64,000 nt of DNA, from contig CAVYGQ010000001.1 in assembly GCA_963768175.1 (NCBI GenBank), positions 638,305 to 702,304 of the forward strand. Reading direction: 5' to 3'. Below are positions 1 to 10,717 of the stretch, one piece after another. Position 1 is the stretch's first letter, and each line of letters begins with the position of its first letter. The DNA comes from Candidatus Doudnabacteria bacterium. GTDB taxonomy: Bacteria; Patescibacteriota; Doudnabacteria; UBA920. The translations under genes were made by a program, and so were the position numbers. The notes below the pieces were generated by a model. That model made no database searches, had not been told where the DNA came from, and saw only the letters and a list, made by a program, of their open reading frames with translations.

Positions 1-558
1 ACCAACAATTACGTGGCACGGATTGAAGATACGGCGCGTTTGCAAGCCGCGATAACTACCGCCAAATCTGAATGCGATTTTACTGTAGCAACCATGCACG
101 CGGGGACAGAGTATACCCGCACGCCAAACCAGGCGCAAATAACTTTTGCCCACGCCGCGATTGACGACGGCGCGGATTTAGTAATCGGCAGCCACCCGCA
201 CTGGGTGCAGCCCGTAGAAAAATACAACAATAAATATATCTTTTACAGCCTTGGCAACTTTATATTTGACCAAGCCTGGAGCCAAGAAACACAGGAAGGC
301 TTAACCTTAAAAATGACAATCAGCAAAGCTGATTGTCATCCCGAACTTGTTTCGGGATCCAGAACAATAGATTCCGGCTCGGAGGCCGGAATGACATGTG
401 GTGATAGCCTACAAGGCACGCGCACACCCGCAAAACTGGAATCCATAGAACTTATCCCCATTATTATCGCCAACTCCCAGCCCCGCCCGGCTACGGCGGA
501 AGAAAGCGCAAACATCTTAAAAAAAATCAACCTTTTAAACCCTATACTTAAGCCTTAA
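1..558 (+). CDS. capA: CapA-family (poly-gamma-glutamate synthesis) metallophosphatase, 5'-truncated by the window edge
   Basis: Motifs MHAGTEY, DLVIGSHPHWVQ and YSLGNFIFDQ; in-frame palindromic insert at 334-396. Confidence 0.85.
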   Translation, partial: TNNYVARIEDTARLQAAITTAKSECDFTVATMHAGTEYTRTPNQAQITFAHAAIDDGADLVIGSHPHWVQPVEKYNNKYIFYSLGNFIFDQAWSQETQEGLTLKMTISKADCHPELVSGSRTIDSGSEAGMTCGDSLQGTRTPAKLESIELIPIIIANSQPRPATAEESANILKKINLLNPILKP

Positions 559-600
559 ATTGTGCTAAAATATAAGGGCAAAGTATTAAAGTAAAAGTAT

Positions 601-1194
601 ATGGAAAAGAAACAAAAAGGACCAGTCTTAAATCGACGGCCAAAAAGCGGGTTTACCCCCACACCAAATTTTGGTGTGAGTTCCGACTTTAAGTCGGAAC
701 GGGGGTTTACCCTTATTGAACTTTTGGTGGTTATTTCCATTATTGCCCTTTTGGCGTCCATAGTTTTGGTGGCCCTAAGCAATTCCCGGGCCAAAGCCAG
801 GGATGCCAGACGCATTGCCGACATTAAGCAGTTAAGCTCTGCTATGGAATTATTCTATGGCGATTTCTATTCCTATCCGACGACTACGTCTTTGGTTGCT
901 GCCGGCACTACCGGGGCTTTTTCCGCGGGCACGCCCTGTGCCAACGGCACGGCCGGCTGCGTAAACTATATGGTCCCAACTTATTTAACCAAAATTCCAG
1001 TTGCCCCACTGCCGGCAGACGGCATTTGCGGCCAAGCTTACGGCAGCGGCATCTCAACCGCCAACGATTACCAATTCCTGTCGACTAACGCAAATACTAC
1101 CACAAGCACTTACCAAATTACTTTCTGTTTGGGCGGACAAACCGGCTCTTATATCCCCGGCGTGCACACGTTAACCCCTACCGGTATACAATAG
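601..1194 (+). CDS. Type IV pilin-like protein
   Basis: Prepilin N-methylation motif GFTLIELLVVISII, then SRAKARDARR. Confidence 0.9.
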   Translation: MEKKQKGPVLNRRPKSGFTPTPNFGVSSDFKSERGFTLIELLVVISIIALLASIVLVALSNSRAKARDARRIADIKQLSSAMELFYGDFYSYPTTTSLVAAGTTGAFSAGTPCANGTAGCVNYMVPTYLTKIPVAPLPADGICGQAYGSGISTANDYQFLSTNANTTTSTYQITFCLGGQTGSYIPGVHTLTPTGIQ

Positions 1195-1298
1195 TATGCC
1201 AAAGGAAAAACGGGGCATTGCGGGAGACGGCCAATCTCCCTGCCCCGTTTTTTTGATGCACTGAGCGCCAATGCCCGGCCTTCGGCATTTGCGGTACT

Positions 1299-1955
1299 TC
1301 ATGGTCTTGCGCGGCGTTTGCGAAAGAAAATCGCAACGCCGATTCCGCCCGCCAGAAGTGGCAGCGTGGACGGTTCCGGGACTGGGGCAGTCGTCAACTG
1401 CATCTCCAGTTGGAAGTTGTCAATCGGCGGGTAGCCGACTATCAACCTCGCAGGGTTGGCAATGTTACTGCCAACGAAAGCCGACCACGGTGCAGATCCA
1501 GCCGCTCCGGTGACGGAAACGTAAACGACCAAGGTCTCCCCCGAATTGTTGCTAATGGCAAACGGCGGCACCGCAAACGAGAACTGGTTAAAATTGCCGC
1601 TTGCGACAGTTAGGTTAACGGCTTGGTCAAATACCGTCACCGCGCCCGCCCCGTTCGTTGCGAAATCCGAGTCGAACGTTCCGACAGGGATGAGCGACAG
1701 CATGATATCAACCGTACCCTGGTACGCTCCGACGAAAGCCCCCGCCGGCAGGAAAGCGATGTTGGTGATGTCGCAGGCTGTCGCCAACCCGCAGGCATCG
1801 GACGGAAGGTCATAGGCCAGTTGCACTGGCGCCAACCCGTTGAAAGGGACGCCATTGTTAGAGCCTCCGCTCCCCAACACAATAGTTCCGGCGCATGCCG
1901 GAACCGCCGAAACTGCTAAAAACAAAAGCAAAACCAATGCGCAAATTACGCGCAC
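1299..1955 (-). CDS. PEP-CTERM sorting-domain secreted protein
   Basis: N-terminal signal peptide; C-terminal VPEPSTL, hydrophobic helix and basic tail RKRRARP. Confidence 0.85.
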   Translation of the reverse strand: MRVICALVLLLFLAVSAVPACAGTIVLGSGGSNNGVPFNGLAPVQLAYDLPSDACGLATACDITNIAFLPAGAFVGAYQGTVDIMLSLIPVGTFDSDFATNGAGAVTVFDQAVNLTVASGNFNQFSFAVPPFAISNNSGETLVVYVSVTGAAGSAPWSAFVGSNIANPARLIVGYPPIDNFQLEMQLTTAPVPEPSTLPLLAGGIGVAIFFRKRRARP

Positions 1956-2183
1956 GCTTCTTCCTCCTCCTGCTCCTTTTGCCCGTCCAAAACTTAGCCA
2001 AACTAAGCGCTCTCACATTACGAACAGCCTGGCTATTTCCAACGCTTCGGGCTTAAGCGTGGATGTATTAATGTATCATAAAACGGTCAGTTAGTAAAGG
2101 CAACGGACTGCGGGTATAATTTTGACAAAATTGTACCCCCATGCGATAATAAATTTGATTCTTAATGATTGTCGAATTGTTTT

Positions 2184-3158
2184 ATGTATCTTAATCAATG
2201 GCGCAAACAGGAAATTGCTAAGTTAAAAAAACTTTATCCTATTTTAAGGGTTAAAGCGCTTGTTCCTTACTTTCCCAAACGGAACAAGGCCACGATAGCA
2301 ATGAAAGCTTTAAACCTGGGTTTACCATCTGCCAAATTATGGCATTTCCAGGAGAATGTAACCTTAAGAAAAAAATTTATTTCCGCTTCAAGGGACGAAT
2401 TATTAAAACTGCTGCCGGGCAGAACCTGGCCGGCCATAATGGCCCAAGGTGAAAGGTTAAAACTCAAAAGGAACAGGAAAAAACCAAGACTGAATATAAA
2501 CGAAAATTATTTCAACACGTGGTCGCCGAATATGGCTTATATACTTGGTTTTATATCGGCGGACGGCTGCATTATCAGAGGCACTTACAAAGGTTATAGT
2601 GATTCTCTTAAGTTCGGGGTTCAGCTAAAAGACAAGGATATTTTAGAAAAAATAAAAATAGAATTGCATTCCGAACACGCCATATCAATTATAAGAAACG
2701 CCGCTCATTATTGCGTTACCAGCCAAAAAATAGTTGACAGCCTTAAGGCTTTAGGCATAACATATCAAAAGAGTTTAAAAGAAACTGTCCCCGATGTCCC
2801 TGATAAATACATAAAAGATTTTATTCGAGGATTAATTGACGGGGACGGCGGGATATCTATTGACTGAAAAAACTACCCGACTTTAAGATTATACGGGGGA
2901 ATTAATACTGTAAATTTTGTCCGCGACTACTTTTTTGAAAATTTTAAAGCTTACTCCAGCATCGGAAAAAAACAATCCAAACTTGCGCCAAACATTTATC
3001 TCTGCTATATTGCCTATCGTACTAATACTGCGATTAAATTAATTAACTTCCTATACGGTAACGCGAAAATATTTTTAGACAGAAAATATAAACTGGCAAT
3101 GCGATGTTCCCAAATCCAAATAAGAAAAAGAGGCGGTCAAGCAATAATATATGAGTAA
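2184..3158 (+). pseudogene. LAGLIDADG homing endonuclease-like gene with an in-frame TGA at 2865-2867
   Basis: Motifs YILGFISADG and FIRGLIDGDG. The frame continues past the TGA (KNYPTLRLYGG...FLYGNAKIFLDRKY) to TAA at 3156-3158, overlapping the topA start. Confidence 0.8.
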
Positions 3159-5571
3159 AAATCTTATTATAGTAGAAAGTCCCACAAAATCTAGAACTAT
3201 CCAAAAATTTTTAGGGCCCGACTATCAAGTCGAGGCTAGTTTTGGTCATGTTAGAGATTTGCCTAAAAGCAAAATATCTATTGATGTAAAAAATAACTTT
3301 GAGCCTGTCTATATTATCCCTCCCAAAGCAAAGGAAATAGTAGCTAAACTTAAAATTCTGGCCAAAGACGCTCCCTCTATTATATTGGCGACTGATGAAG
3401 ACCGCGAAGGAGAGGCTATTTCCTGGCATTTGGTGCAGGCTTTGGGTTTGGGCGATGAAGCGCAAATCGCACACGGCCGGGAAGATAAGCGCATAAAAAG
3501 GATAGTTTTCCACGAAATCACCAAAAGCGCGATAGACGAGGCCATGAAAAATCCCCGCGACATAGACCTAAATCTGGTTGACGCCCAACAGGCGCGGCGC
3601 GTTTTGGACCGGCTGGTCGGCTACGAACTCTCGCCGTTTTTGTGGCGCAAAATCCGCTATGGCCTTAGTGCCGGGCGCGTGCAATCGGTCGCGGTCAGGC
3701 TGGTGGTGGAACGCGAAAGGGAAATCCAAAAATTTAAAACCGAAGAATACTGGAGCATAGAAGCCAAGCTATCAAAAAACTCCCCCGCCTCCGGCACCCC
3801 CTCTTTAATTAAAGAGGGGGACGGGGGGAGTTCAAAAACCTTCATCGCTAAATTAAACGCGATAGACGGCAAAAGCGTCGGCAAAATGGATATAAAGGCG
3901 GAAGCCGGCGCCAAAAAAATTGTCGCCGATTTAAACGGCGCCGAATATAAAGTTGCCGATATTGCCACCAAAGAAACCAGGCGCACGCCCGCTCCCCCGT
4001 TTACCACTTCCACGCTCCAGCAGGAAGCCGCGCGGAAATTTGGCATGTCCGCCAAACAAACAATGGTCATTGCCCAACAGCTTTATGAAGGTCTGGACAT
4101 TGGCGAGCAGGGCTTGACCGGTTTAATTACCTATATGCGAACCGACAGCTTGAACTTGGCGCAGTCGGCGCTTTCGGCCATTGCCGATGTCATAAAAAAC
4201 GAATTTGGCAAAGAATATGCTTTGGCTCAGCCGCGATTTTACGCCAACAAGAGCAAAGGCGCACAGGAAGCGCACGAGGCCATCCGCCCGAGCGACATTA
4301 CCCGCAAGCCCGCCGACATCAAGCAATTTTTAGACAGAGGCCAGTATAAAATTTACGATCTAATTTGGAAGCGCACCGTTGCCTGCCAAATGCAACAGGC
4401 GATTTTGGAACAGACATCGGTGGATATATCGGCTACCCACTACCCACTACCCACTACCCACTACCTTTTTCGTGCCAATGGCCAAACCATAAAATTTGAC
4501 GGCTTCATCCGCGCCTATACCGAAGGCCGGGACGAAAAGGCCGAAGATGAAATAGAAGGCGTGTTGCCGGAACTTTTACTTGACGAAAAGCTTAAGCTCC
4601 ACGAACTTCTGCCTCTGCAGCATTTTACGGAAGCCGCTCCCCGCTACACGGACGCAACGCTAATTAAAGCCCTGGAAGCCGCCGGCGTCGGACGCCCTTC
4701 CACTTACGCGCCGACGCTTTCCACCATCCAAGACCGTGGCTACGTCCATAAACTTGATAAAAAATATAGCCCCACGGAAGAAGGCTTTTTGGTCAACGAC
4801 ATGCTGGTGGAAAATTTCCCCGAGATTGTGGATATTAATTTTACCTCCCACATTGAAGAAGAATTTGACGACATAGCCGAAGGCAAAATCAAATGGGTAG
4901 AAGTCATGCGTGAATTTTACGGCCCATTCAAAAAACACCTGACGGAAAAAGAGGCCAGCGTGGAAAAACAAGTGGAAGTTTCCGCCACGCCGTGCCCGCA
5001 CTGCGGCAAAATGATGATTATAAAATACGGGCGCATGGGCAAATTTTTGGCCTGCCCCGACCCCGAAAGCAAAGTCACCATGCCCATGCCGGAAGAAGCG
5101 GCCAAAATTAAAGAGCTGGAAGAAAAAACCAAGGGCGAAGTTTGCCCGATTTGCGGCAAACCGATGAATGTGCGGCGCGGGCGGTTTGGCTTCTTTTTGG
5201 GCTGCAGTGATTATCCCAAATGCAAAGGCATCAGCAAAATTTGGAATAAGACCGGTTATAAATGCCCGGCGTGTCTTGCGAAGCAAGAGGGTGAGCGAAG
5301 TCGAACCCCTAACGATGAAACCCGTCCCTCAACTCCTTCGGCTGAAGCCGAAGTTCGCTCGGGACAATCAGCAAAGCTGATTGGCGACATTGTGGAAAAA
5401 AAAGCCCGCGGCCGCGGCAAGCCATTTTTTGCCTGCACCCGCTTCCCCGATTGCACGTTCGTGATGAATGTTAAACCCGAGTCGCAACAACAACTTGACG
5501 GAGCCTACGCTAACTGGAAGACTAATCCGCCAAAACCAAAAAAAGTTTACAAGAAAAAAACCTCGGAATAA
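3151..5571 (+). CDS. topA: DNA topoisomerase I (type IA)
   Basis: IVESPTK, ATDEDREGE, SAGRVQS, ITYMRTDS (catalytic Tyr), C-terminal zinc ribbons. Confidence 0.97.
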   Translation: MSKNLIIVESPTKSRTIQKFLGPDYQVEASFGHVRDLPKSKISIDVKNNFEPVYIIPPKAKEIVAKLKILAKDAPSIILATDEDREGEAISWHLVQALGLGDEAQIAHGREDKRIKRIVFHEITKSAIDEAMKNPRDIDLNLVDAQQARRVLDRLVGYELSPFLWRKIRYGLSAGRVQSVAVRLVVEREREIQKFKTEEYWSIEAKLSKNSPASGTPSLIKEGDGGSSKTFIAKLNAIDGKSVGKMDIKAEAGAKKIVADLNGAEYKVADIATKETRRTPAPPFTTSTLQQEAARKFGMSAKQTMVIAQQLYEGLDIGEQGLTGLITYMRTDSLNLAQSALSAIADVIKNEFGKEYALAQPRFYANKSKGAQEAHEAIRPSDITRKPADIKQFLDRGQYKIYDLIWKRTVACQMQQAILEQTSVDISATHYPLPTTHYLFRANGQTIKFDGFIRAYTEGRDEKAEDEIEGVLPELLLDEKLKLHELLPLQHFTEAAPRYTDATLIKALEAAGVGRPSTYAPTLSTIQDRGYVHKLDKKYSPTEEGFLVNDMLVENFPEIVDINFTSHIEEEFDDIAEGKIKWVEVMREFYGPFKKHLTEKEASVEKQVEVSATPCPHCGKMMIIKYGRMGKFLACPDPESKVTMPMPEEAAKIKELEEKTKGEVCPICGKPMNVRRGRFGFFLGCSDYPKCKGISKIWNKTGYKCPACLAKQEGERSRTPNDETRPSTPSAEAEVRSGQSAKLIGDIVEKKARGRGKPFFACTRFPDCTFVMNVKPESQQQLDGAYANWKTNPPKPKKVYKKKTSE

Positions 5572-5589
5572 TCCGAGGTTTTTAAATTC

Positions 5590-5865
5590 CTATTTTGTAC
5601 CTTGTGCCCGAATTTGTTCCGATCTTTCACGAATTTTACCAGCCTGCTTATTATGTTCCTCAACTTTTGGATCATTGTCTGGATTTGGTGCCTCAGACCA
5701 TCCAAATCCATCTGGGTTAAAATTATATAATACTTCTTCGTCGGTCATCTCTGACAGCGGTTTATTCCTTGCACCACTTAATCTAACGGCTCTCTGATCC
5801 AATTCACTTTGTCTCTGATCTTCTGCCGCCATGTCTATTATTGGTCCGTTACCAAAATCACTCAT
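5590..5865 (-). CDS. Hypothetical acidic protein
   Basis: 91-aa ORF filling the intergenic space, with GAAAGGA upstream. Confidence 0.6.
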   Translation of the reverse strand: MSDFGNGPIIDMAAEDQRQSELDQRAVRLSGARNKPLSEMTDEEVLYNFNPDGFGWSEAPNPDNDPKVEEHNKQAGKIRERSEQIRAQGTK

Positions 5866-5945
5866 AAATTTTCCTTTCAGAACTTAGTTTATTCTTGCCC
5901 TTATAATACCCATTCTTTCTGCGAGTGTCAATCACAATAAACATG

Positions 5946-6072
5946 GCGTCATCCCTTCGCTACGCTCAGGGCAGGATCCGAGGCCGAACTAAGAATGTTC
6001 TAGGTGGCCGAGGGATCTCATCGTGGTTAGAGATTCTTCGCCCTCAGATGCATTCGGGCTCAGAATGACGCC
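5946..6072. repeat. Composite palindromic intergenic repeat (GTCATCC...GGATCT...AGATTC...GAATGAC type)
   Basis: Nested inverted repeats; related copies at 334-396 and about 39450-39505. Confidence 0.6.
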
Positions 6073-6088
6073 GTTAGATTTATTTTAA

Positions 6089-7354
6089 TTAATCATTCCT
6101 GCCGTAAATTTCCATCTCAAAAATTACGCACTTTAGAGCTTTATAAAATCCTATCAACGAAGCGTAATACCGCAAGTGCGCCAGCTTGTCTATAAAATAA
6201 GCCAGCCAGCCGGTTAAGTATATCCCGTTATAACTCATTATCGCCCACTTGCCGCCCACGTTAACAATAAAACCGTGCTTAATATTTTTATACGGCAACG
6301 GCGGTTTTTGGTTTTTTATAATATACGGCAAAGCGTAAGCTAAATATTTGGCTTGATCTTGCGCGTCTTGGGCCGAAGCGGGAACCGGCCTGCCTTTGCC
6401 GTCTAACACGGCGGCCATGTCTCCCAAGGCAAAAACGGCACCAGTGCCGTCCCGAACAAAGTGAGGGATCTTTCCATTGCTCACGACCTGGAAAAATTCG
6501 TTTACCGGCAAACGGCCATTTTTATCCAGCCCGGCAACTTCCATATGGCAATCGCAAGCCTTAATGCCCGTGCTCCAAATCAGGACATCGTAAGCGATTC
6601 TGTCTCCGGACATTAGCCCGACAAAATGTTCGTCAACCTCCGAAATTCTGGACGACAAACGGACCCGGACGCCAAGTTCCTGCAAACGGCCGAGGGCATC
6701 CCGGCTTAAACGGCTGCTTAAACCCGGCATCAAAATATTTGCCGCCTCAATAATTTCTATTTCAATTTTTTCCCGCGGGTACTGGTTCTTCCAGGCCAAA
6801 AAATCCGCCAAACCCTTTAGCTCCCCCACCAGCTCCACGGCCGTGTATCCCCCGCCGGCCATTACCAGGCGGACAGTTTTTTTGCTGACGTCAAACTTAT
6901 GCGCCTGGATGGCAAATTCTATTTGGTTGCGGATCCTTAAGGCATCGGGCAAATCTTTTAGGGCCAGCGCGTATTTTTGCGCGCCTTCAATGTTAAAAAA
7001 ATTACTCTCCGAGCCCAAAGCTAAAATTAAATAATCGTAATTGATTTGTTTATGGTCAAGCTCCAACTGTTTTTTTGCCGGATCGATATGCTTTAAACAG
7101 CTTTTAAAAAATCTGACATTCTTGCCTCTTAAAATTTCCGCAAAAGGCAAGCTTATGCTTTTTTTCATCTGGCTGATTGTGGCAAGCTCTTCTTCCGCCG
7201 AAGCAACCTCAAATAAATTTGGCGTGAATAAATGGTAATCGCGCTTGTCTATTAAGGTTATAGCGATGTTTTTGTTGCCCTTGAATTTTTTTTCCAAACC
7301 CAAAGCCGCCCCCAGCCCGCCAAACCCGCCTCCCACGATAACAATATTTGTCAT
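6089..7354 (-). CDS. ndh: Type II NADH dehydrogenase-like FAD oxidoreductase
   Basis: IVIVGGGFGG, YDYLILALGS, GGGYTAVEL, VFALGD. Confidence 0.85.
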   Translation of the reverse strand: MTNIVIVGGGFGGLGAALGLEKKFKGNKNIAITLIDKRDYHLFTPNLFEVASAEEELATISQMKKSISLPFAEILRGKNVRFFKSCLKHIDPAKKQLELDHKQINYDYLILALGSESNFFNIEGAQKYALALKDLPDALRIRNQIEFAIQAHKFDVSKKTVRLVMAGGGYTAVELVGELKGLADFLAWKNQYPREKIEIEIIEAANILMPGLSSRLSRDALGRLQELGVRVRLSSRISEVDEHFVGLMSGDRIAYDVLIWSTGIKACDCHMEVAGLDKNGRLPVNEFFQVVSNGKIPHFVRDGTGAVFALGDMAAVLDGKGRPVPASAQDAQDQAKYLAYALPYIIKNQKPPLPYKNIKHGFIVNVGGKWAIMSYNGIYLTGWLAYFIDKLAHLRYYASLIGFYKALKCVIFEMEIYGRND

Positions 7355-7431
7355 TTTTGTTTCAATTGTCTAACTTGGACACTTAAATAATAACACCGAT
7401 AAATAAAATCACAAAATTAAACGGCCGTAAT

Positions 7432-7968
7432 TTAATGTGATTTTTGCAAGTTGAATTTTCTTAACAATTCTGCGTCACTATCCACCTCTTCGACTTTCAA
7501 AATTCTAACATAATCTCTCAAGCCACTTTGGTTAAGATAAATAATCGCCTCTTTGTTTAACGGATACGGGCTAATGTAAACGCTGGCTTGGAGCTTGCAA
7601 AATTGATTTTGTTTTAGGAGCTTTCTTAAAATATTGCGTTTTTCTTTACTGTTTTCCGGAATATCAAATATAAACAAACGCCACCTGCCATCCCACTGCA
7701 AGGGCTTTTTTAATATCGATTTGGACATCAGAACTTCCAACTGTCCTTTGCTTGTCAGTTTAATAAATTTCCTATTATTTTTTTCTGTGACAGCTAATAA
7801 TTTTCTTTCAGACAACCGCCCAATCGCCTGACCAAACTCCCTTGCTGATAACTCTCTTTGTTTTAAAGCCAGTTTATAAGAAATGGCATAGGGATTATTT
7901 AGTAAACCGCGCAGATCGAATAAATTTTCTAAAATTAAATCGCTAAGAGAATAAGTTTTGTTGGGCAT
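7432..7968 (-). CDS. PaaX-like transcriptional regulator (winged helix plus Cas2-like fold)
   Basis: WDGRWRLFIFDIPE...LQASVYISPY. Confidence 0.75.
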   Translation of the reverse strand: MPNKTYSLSDLILENLFDLRGLLNNPYAISYKLALKQRELSAREFGQAIGRLSERKLLAVTEKNNRKFIKLTSKGQLEVLMSKSILKKPLQWDGRWRLFIFDIPENSKEKRNILRKLLKQNQFCKLQASVYISPYPLNKEAIIYLNQSGLRDYVRILKVEEVDSDAELLRKFNLQKSH

Positions 7969-8024
7969 AAATAAACATTATCACATTATTTGACGGCCGT
8001 CAAATAATGTGATTTTGATAAAAC

Positions 8025-9280
8025 CTATTCGTATCTCATCGCTTCTACCGGATCCAGCATGGAAGCCGAGCGGGCTGGAAGCACGCCAAAGGAAATGCCG
8101 ATGGCCGCCGATACTCCCACAGCGAGTAAAATGGCATACATCGGCACGGAAAATGTCCAAGCGAGCCCGGAGGAAACGGCGATTAAAGAAATTACCCAAC
8201 CCAAAAGCGCGCCAAACACAATGCCGATAACTCCTCCAATGACGGTAACCAAAATTGATTCAATTAAAAACTCGTTTAAGATGTCGGAGTTTTTGCGCCT
8301 AAAGCTTTTTTCAGCCCGATTTCCGCGGTGCGTTCGGTCACCACCACATACATAATATTCATAATGCCCACGCCGCCGACGATTAAAGAAATAGCGGCAA
8401 TGGCAATCAGTAAAATGGTAATACCGTTAAAAATTACATTAAAGGTAGCCAGTGCCTGGGCCTGAGACTCTACTATGAAGTCGTCTTTGACCGGATCGGT
8501 AATGTTATGGTTATACTCCATCAAATTTTTTATCTGGCTGACGGTTACATCGGACAAATTGATATTTTGCACCTGGACAACGCCGATGACCAAGTAGTCT
8601 ATACCGAGAAGTTTTTTTTGCGCGGTGCCCAAGGGAATGTATAAACTGTCATCGGCCGTGCCACCGCCGGCAAAACCCAAAGAATTGTAAACTCCTATGA
8701 CCTGAAAATTTAAAGTGCCCACGTGGATGAATTGGCCCACCGGATCGGTTTGGTTAAACAAATCCTGGGCCAAGCTTGTGCCTAAAATCGCCACCTGGGC
8801 CGCGCCGTCGTCTTCGGCCTTGGTGTAAAAACGGCCTTCCTTTAAAGTGTGCTCGTCAATCTGGAATTTGCTGGCAGAAGCGCCGTAGTACAGTGCATTT
8901 TTGTCTACATTGCCGTAGCTTACAACCGCCTGGCCAATGACCTCGCCGTATACGCCTACGACATTATTTAGTTTTGCGATATCATCCAAATCCCGTTGCT
9001 TAAAACTGGTAATCTTTATGCCGGAAAAAGCCGCGGTATTCGGGCCAGCAACAGAACTGGCCGCGCGGTTTTTGGTGGTCGGCGGCACGCGCGTCTCGAT
9101 AAATAAAGTGTTGCTGCCTAAAGCATTGACTTGCGCATTTATCAAACTTCTAAAACCCGCGCCGGCGGACAGCACTAAAATAACCGTGGAAATGCCGATC
9201 ATAATTCCTAAAGTCGTCAACACAGTCCGTACCAAGTTGGCGGACAGGGCTTTAATGGATTGTCGTAATGCTATCATCAT
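8025..9280 (-). CDS. MacB/FtsX-family ABC permease (frameshift near 8290-8295, likely sequencing error)
   Basis: RTVLTTLGIMIG, GGVGIMNIM, ERTAEIGLKKALGA; the C-terminus (LDPVEAMRYE) is in another frame after a 5-A run. Confidence 0.85.
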
Positions 9281-9356
9281 ATAAACATTTAAACATACAA
9301 ACATTTAAACATCATAGACTTTACTTATATGTTTAAATGCTTAAATGCTTGTATGA

Positions 9357-10628
9357 TTATTCGTATCTCAGCGCTTCTATCGGATCTAAATTACTTGCCT
9401 TAAAAGCCGGGTATAGCCCAAATACCACGCCGGTTAATATGGAAACGCCGACAGCCAGAACTACCGAGGTTATGGAAACCACAAACGCCCAATCGTAGCC
9501 TAAAGAGTGCATTAACAATGAAATAAGATAGGAAACAACCACGCCGATAATAATCCCCACCACTCCGCCAAGGCTGGTTAAGGTTCCGGCTTCCAGTAAA
9601 AATTGGTTGCGGATGGCCCCGTTTGTCGCCCCCACGGCTTTGCGCAAACCAATTTCCCTGGTGCGCTCGCCGACCGTGGCCATCATAATATTTAAAATGC
9701 CAATCCCGCCGACAATTAAGGCGACTGCGGCCATGGCGGTTAAAAACAGCGTTAAGGCGTTGGTAATAGTGCTCAGAATGCTCACGGCGTCGGCAATGTT
9801 GCGCACGGTGAAATCAATATCCGCATCGGATTTTATATGGTGCGCTTCGGTTAAAACCGCAGTGACATCATTTACGGTCTGATTAACATTATCGGCAGAG
9901 TCAACTTTTATATTTATGGCCTGCAAATAATTTATCCCTAAAATTTGCTGCTGGCCAATGACCAACGGTAAAAATATTGCATCATCCTGGTCCTGGAAAA
10001 ATGAGCTGCCGCGCGGGGTGATTACGCCGATAACGCGCAAGGGTATGCCGCCGGGCTGGGTTTGGGAAGAGCTGCGGACTTTAACTACCTGGCCGATTGG
10101 GTCAACGCCGCTGCCCCCAAATAGCTCATTGGCCACGGTTGAGCCCAAAACCACAACGTTGGCGTTGCCCTGGTCCTGCTGCTGGCTAAAAAACTGGCCT
10201 TCCTGCATGGTAAAACTTATGACACTGGGATAGTTATAGTCGGTGCCCGTAAAGTTGGTATCCACGCTCTGGCTTTCCCAGGTTACGGTAACGCTGCCGC
10301 GCACCATGGTGTTGACGGCAGCGGCATGCGGCACCCTGGTGGAATCGCGCAAGGCTGCGGCGTCGTTGGCGGTCAGGGTTGTAACCACGATGCCAAACAG
10401 CTGGGCGGGCGGGCCTTTGTCGTTGCTCTTGCCCGGCTGCACGCTAAGTAAGTTAGATCCAAGTTTGGTAATCTGCCCTAAAACCAAAGACTGGGCGCCG
10501 GCACCCAGCGCTATTATGATTATGACTCCGGCCACACCGATAACAATTCCCAAGATAGTCAAAAACGACCGGCCTTTGCGGGCCTGCAGCGTGCGGAAGA
10601 TGAGTTTGAAGGTGGAAAGGAAATTCAT
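9357..10628 (-). CDS. MacB/FtsX-family ABC permease
   Basis: RSFLTILGIVIG, GGIGILNIM, ERTREIGLRKAVGA, LDPIEALRYE. Confidence 0.92.
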   Translation of the reverse strand: MNFLSTFKLIFRTLQARKGRSFLTILGIVIGVAGVIIIIALGAGAQSLVLGQITKLGSNLLSVQPGKSNDKGPPAQLFGIVVTTLTANDAAALRDSTRVPHAAAVNTMVRGSVTVTWESQSVDTNFTGTDYNYPSVISFTMQEGQFFSQQQDQGNANVVVLGSTVANELFGGSGVDPIGQVVKVRSSSQTQPGGIPLRVIGVITPRGSSFFQDQDDAIFLPLVIGQQQILGINYLQAINIKVDSADNVNQTVNDVTAVLTEAHHIKSDADIDFTVRNIADAVSILSTITNALTLFLTAMAAVALIVGGIGILNIMMATVGERTREIGLRKAVGATNGAIRNQFLLEAGTLTSLGGVVGIIIGVVVSYLISLLMHSLGYDWAFVVSITSVVLAVGVSILTGVVFGLYPAFKASNLDPIEALRYE

Positions 10629-10717
10629 AAATCATTTTAACATTTTATCATATTATCATTTTAACAAAACAGCGGTATTACATGTTAAAATGATAAAATG
10701 TTAGTATGATAAAATGA

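Noticed and set aside
2865-2867. In-frame TGA as evidence of genetic code 25 or 4
   Set aside because: Single case. Long conserved genes have no internal TGA, and TGA ends genes at 22710 and 25604.
7432-7968. Possible Cas2 / CRISPR locus
   Set aside because: PaaX-like protein with a Cas2-like fold only; no cas1 and no repeat-spacer array seen in the window.
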